A stretch of 19,451 bases of DNA from Octopus sinensis (lineage: Eukaryota): contig NW_021824251.1 in assembly GCF_006345805.1 (NCBI RefSeq), positions 1-19,451 of the forward strand. The letters are read 5' to 3'. The translations under genes and the position numbers were made by a program. Shown here one piece after another: positions 18,850-19,451 of this stretch; within the stretch, counting starts at the first letter, position 1, and every line of letters starts with the position of its first letter. The notes below the pieces were generated by a model. The model was given only the letters and a program-made list of their open reading frames with translations. It was not told where the DNA came from and made no database searches.

Positions 18850-19352
18850 AGGTGGTAACAGTGCAAGCAGTGGTGGTGGAGGTGGTGGACATGGTGATTG
18901 TGGTGGTGGTGACGGTGATGGAGGTGGTGGTGTTCGTTGTGGTGGTAGTGGTGGTGGTGGTGGTGACAGTGGTGGAGGTGGTGGTAATGGTGGTGGTGGA
19001 CATGGTGATTGTGGTGGTGGTAGTGGTAGTGACAGTGGTGGAGGTGGTGGTAATGGTGGTGGTAGTGACAGTGGTGGAGGTGGTGGTAATGGTGGTGGTG
19101 GTGGTGACAGTGGTGGAGGTGGTGATGGTGGTGGTGGTGGTGGTGGTGACAGTGGTGGAGGTGGTGGTGATGATGGTGGTAGTGACAGTGGTGGAGGTGG
19201 TGATGGTGGTGGTGTTGATTGTGGTGGAGGTGAGGTTGTGGCAGTGATGGTGGTAATAGCGGCTGTAGCAGTAGTAATGGTGGTGGTGGTGGTGGTGGTT
19301 GGTGGTGTGGTTGGTGTTGGTGGTGGTGGTGGTGGTGCTGATGATGATGGTG
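18850..19352. repeat. (GGT)n-based tract with a 33-42-bp higher-order unit
   Basis: GTGACAGTGGTGGAGGTGGTG recurs about 6 times between 18964 and 19202. Confidence 0.95.
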
Positions 19353-19451
19353 AAATCACAGAGGAAGCCAACAAGAAAAACTGAATGACAAAAAAAAAAA
19401 AGAAGAGAACAATAAGGAAACAATTTGGAAAGAATATGCAGGAAAAAAGGG

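Noticed and set aside
18701-19423. 240-aa mucin-like and 179-aa extensin/formin-like ORFs as genes
   Set aside because: Several frames on both strands are open simply because (GGT)n lacks stops; no domain or splice support.

Overview
Repeat-dense, AT-rich eukaryotic non-coding DNA (intronic or intergenic). The abundant tRNA-derived SINE families and extreme microsatellite load look like a coleoid cephalopod, most likely Octopus; this is from recognition, not a database search. I can support no host protein-coding gene, and nearly all listed ORFs are artefacts of simple repeats or SINEs. Content: many copies of at least three SINE families (my labels A, B, C); 5'-truncated 3' ends of a Tx1/L1-like and a Dong/R4-like LINE, back-to-back in (TAA)n; a TTAA-flanked piggyBac-type MITE (2 copies); a TA-flanked Tigger/pogo-type MITE (2 copies); two related non-autonomous Helitrons; a Mutator/foldback-like element with a perfect 9-bp TSD; a Penelope-like fragment carrying a minimal hammerhead-ribozyme-like motif; a palindromic 37-bp minisatellite; and large simple-repeat blocks. 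The most interesting signal is the 178-1690 pile-up. There, SINE-B tails resemble the neighbouring Tx1-like LINE tail and every element sits in (TAA)n or inside another SINE-B head, suggesting a target-specific LINE/SINE partnership.
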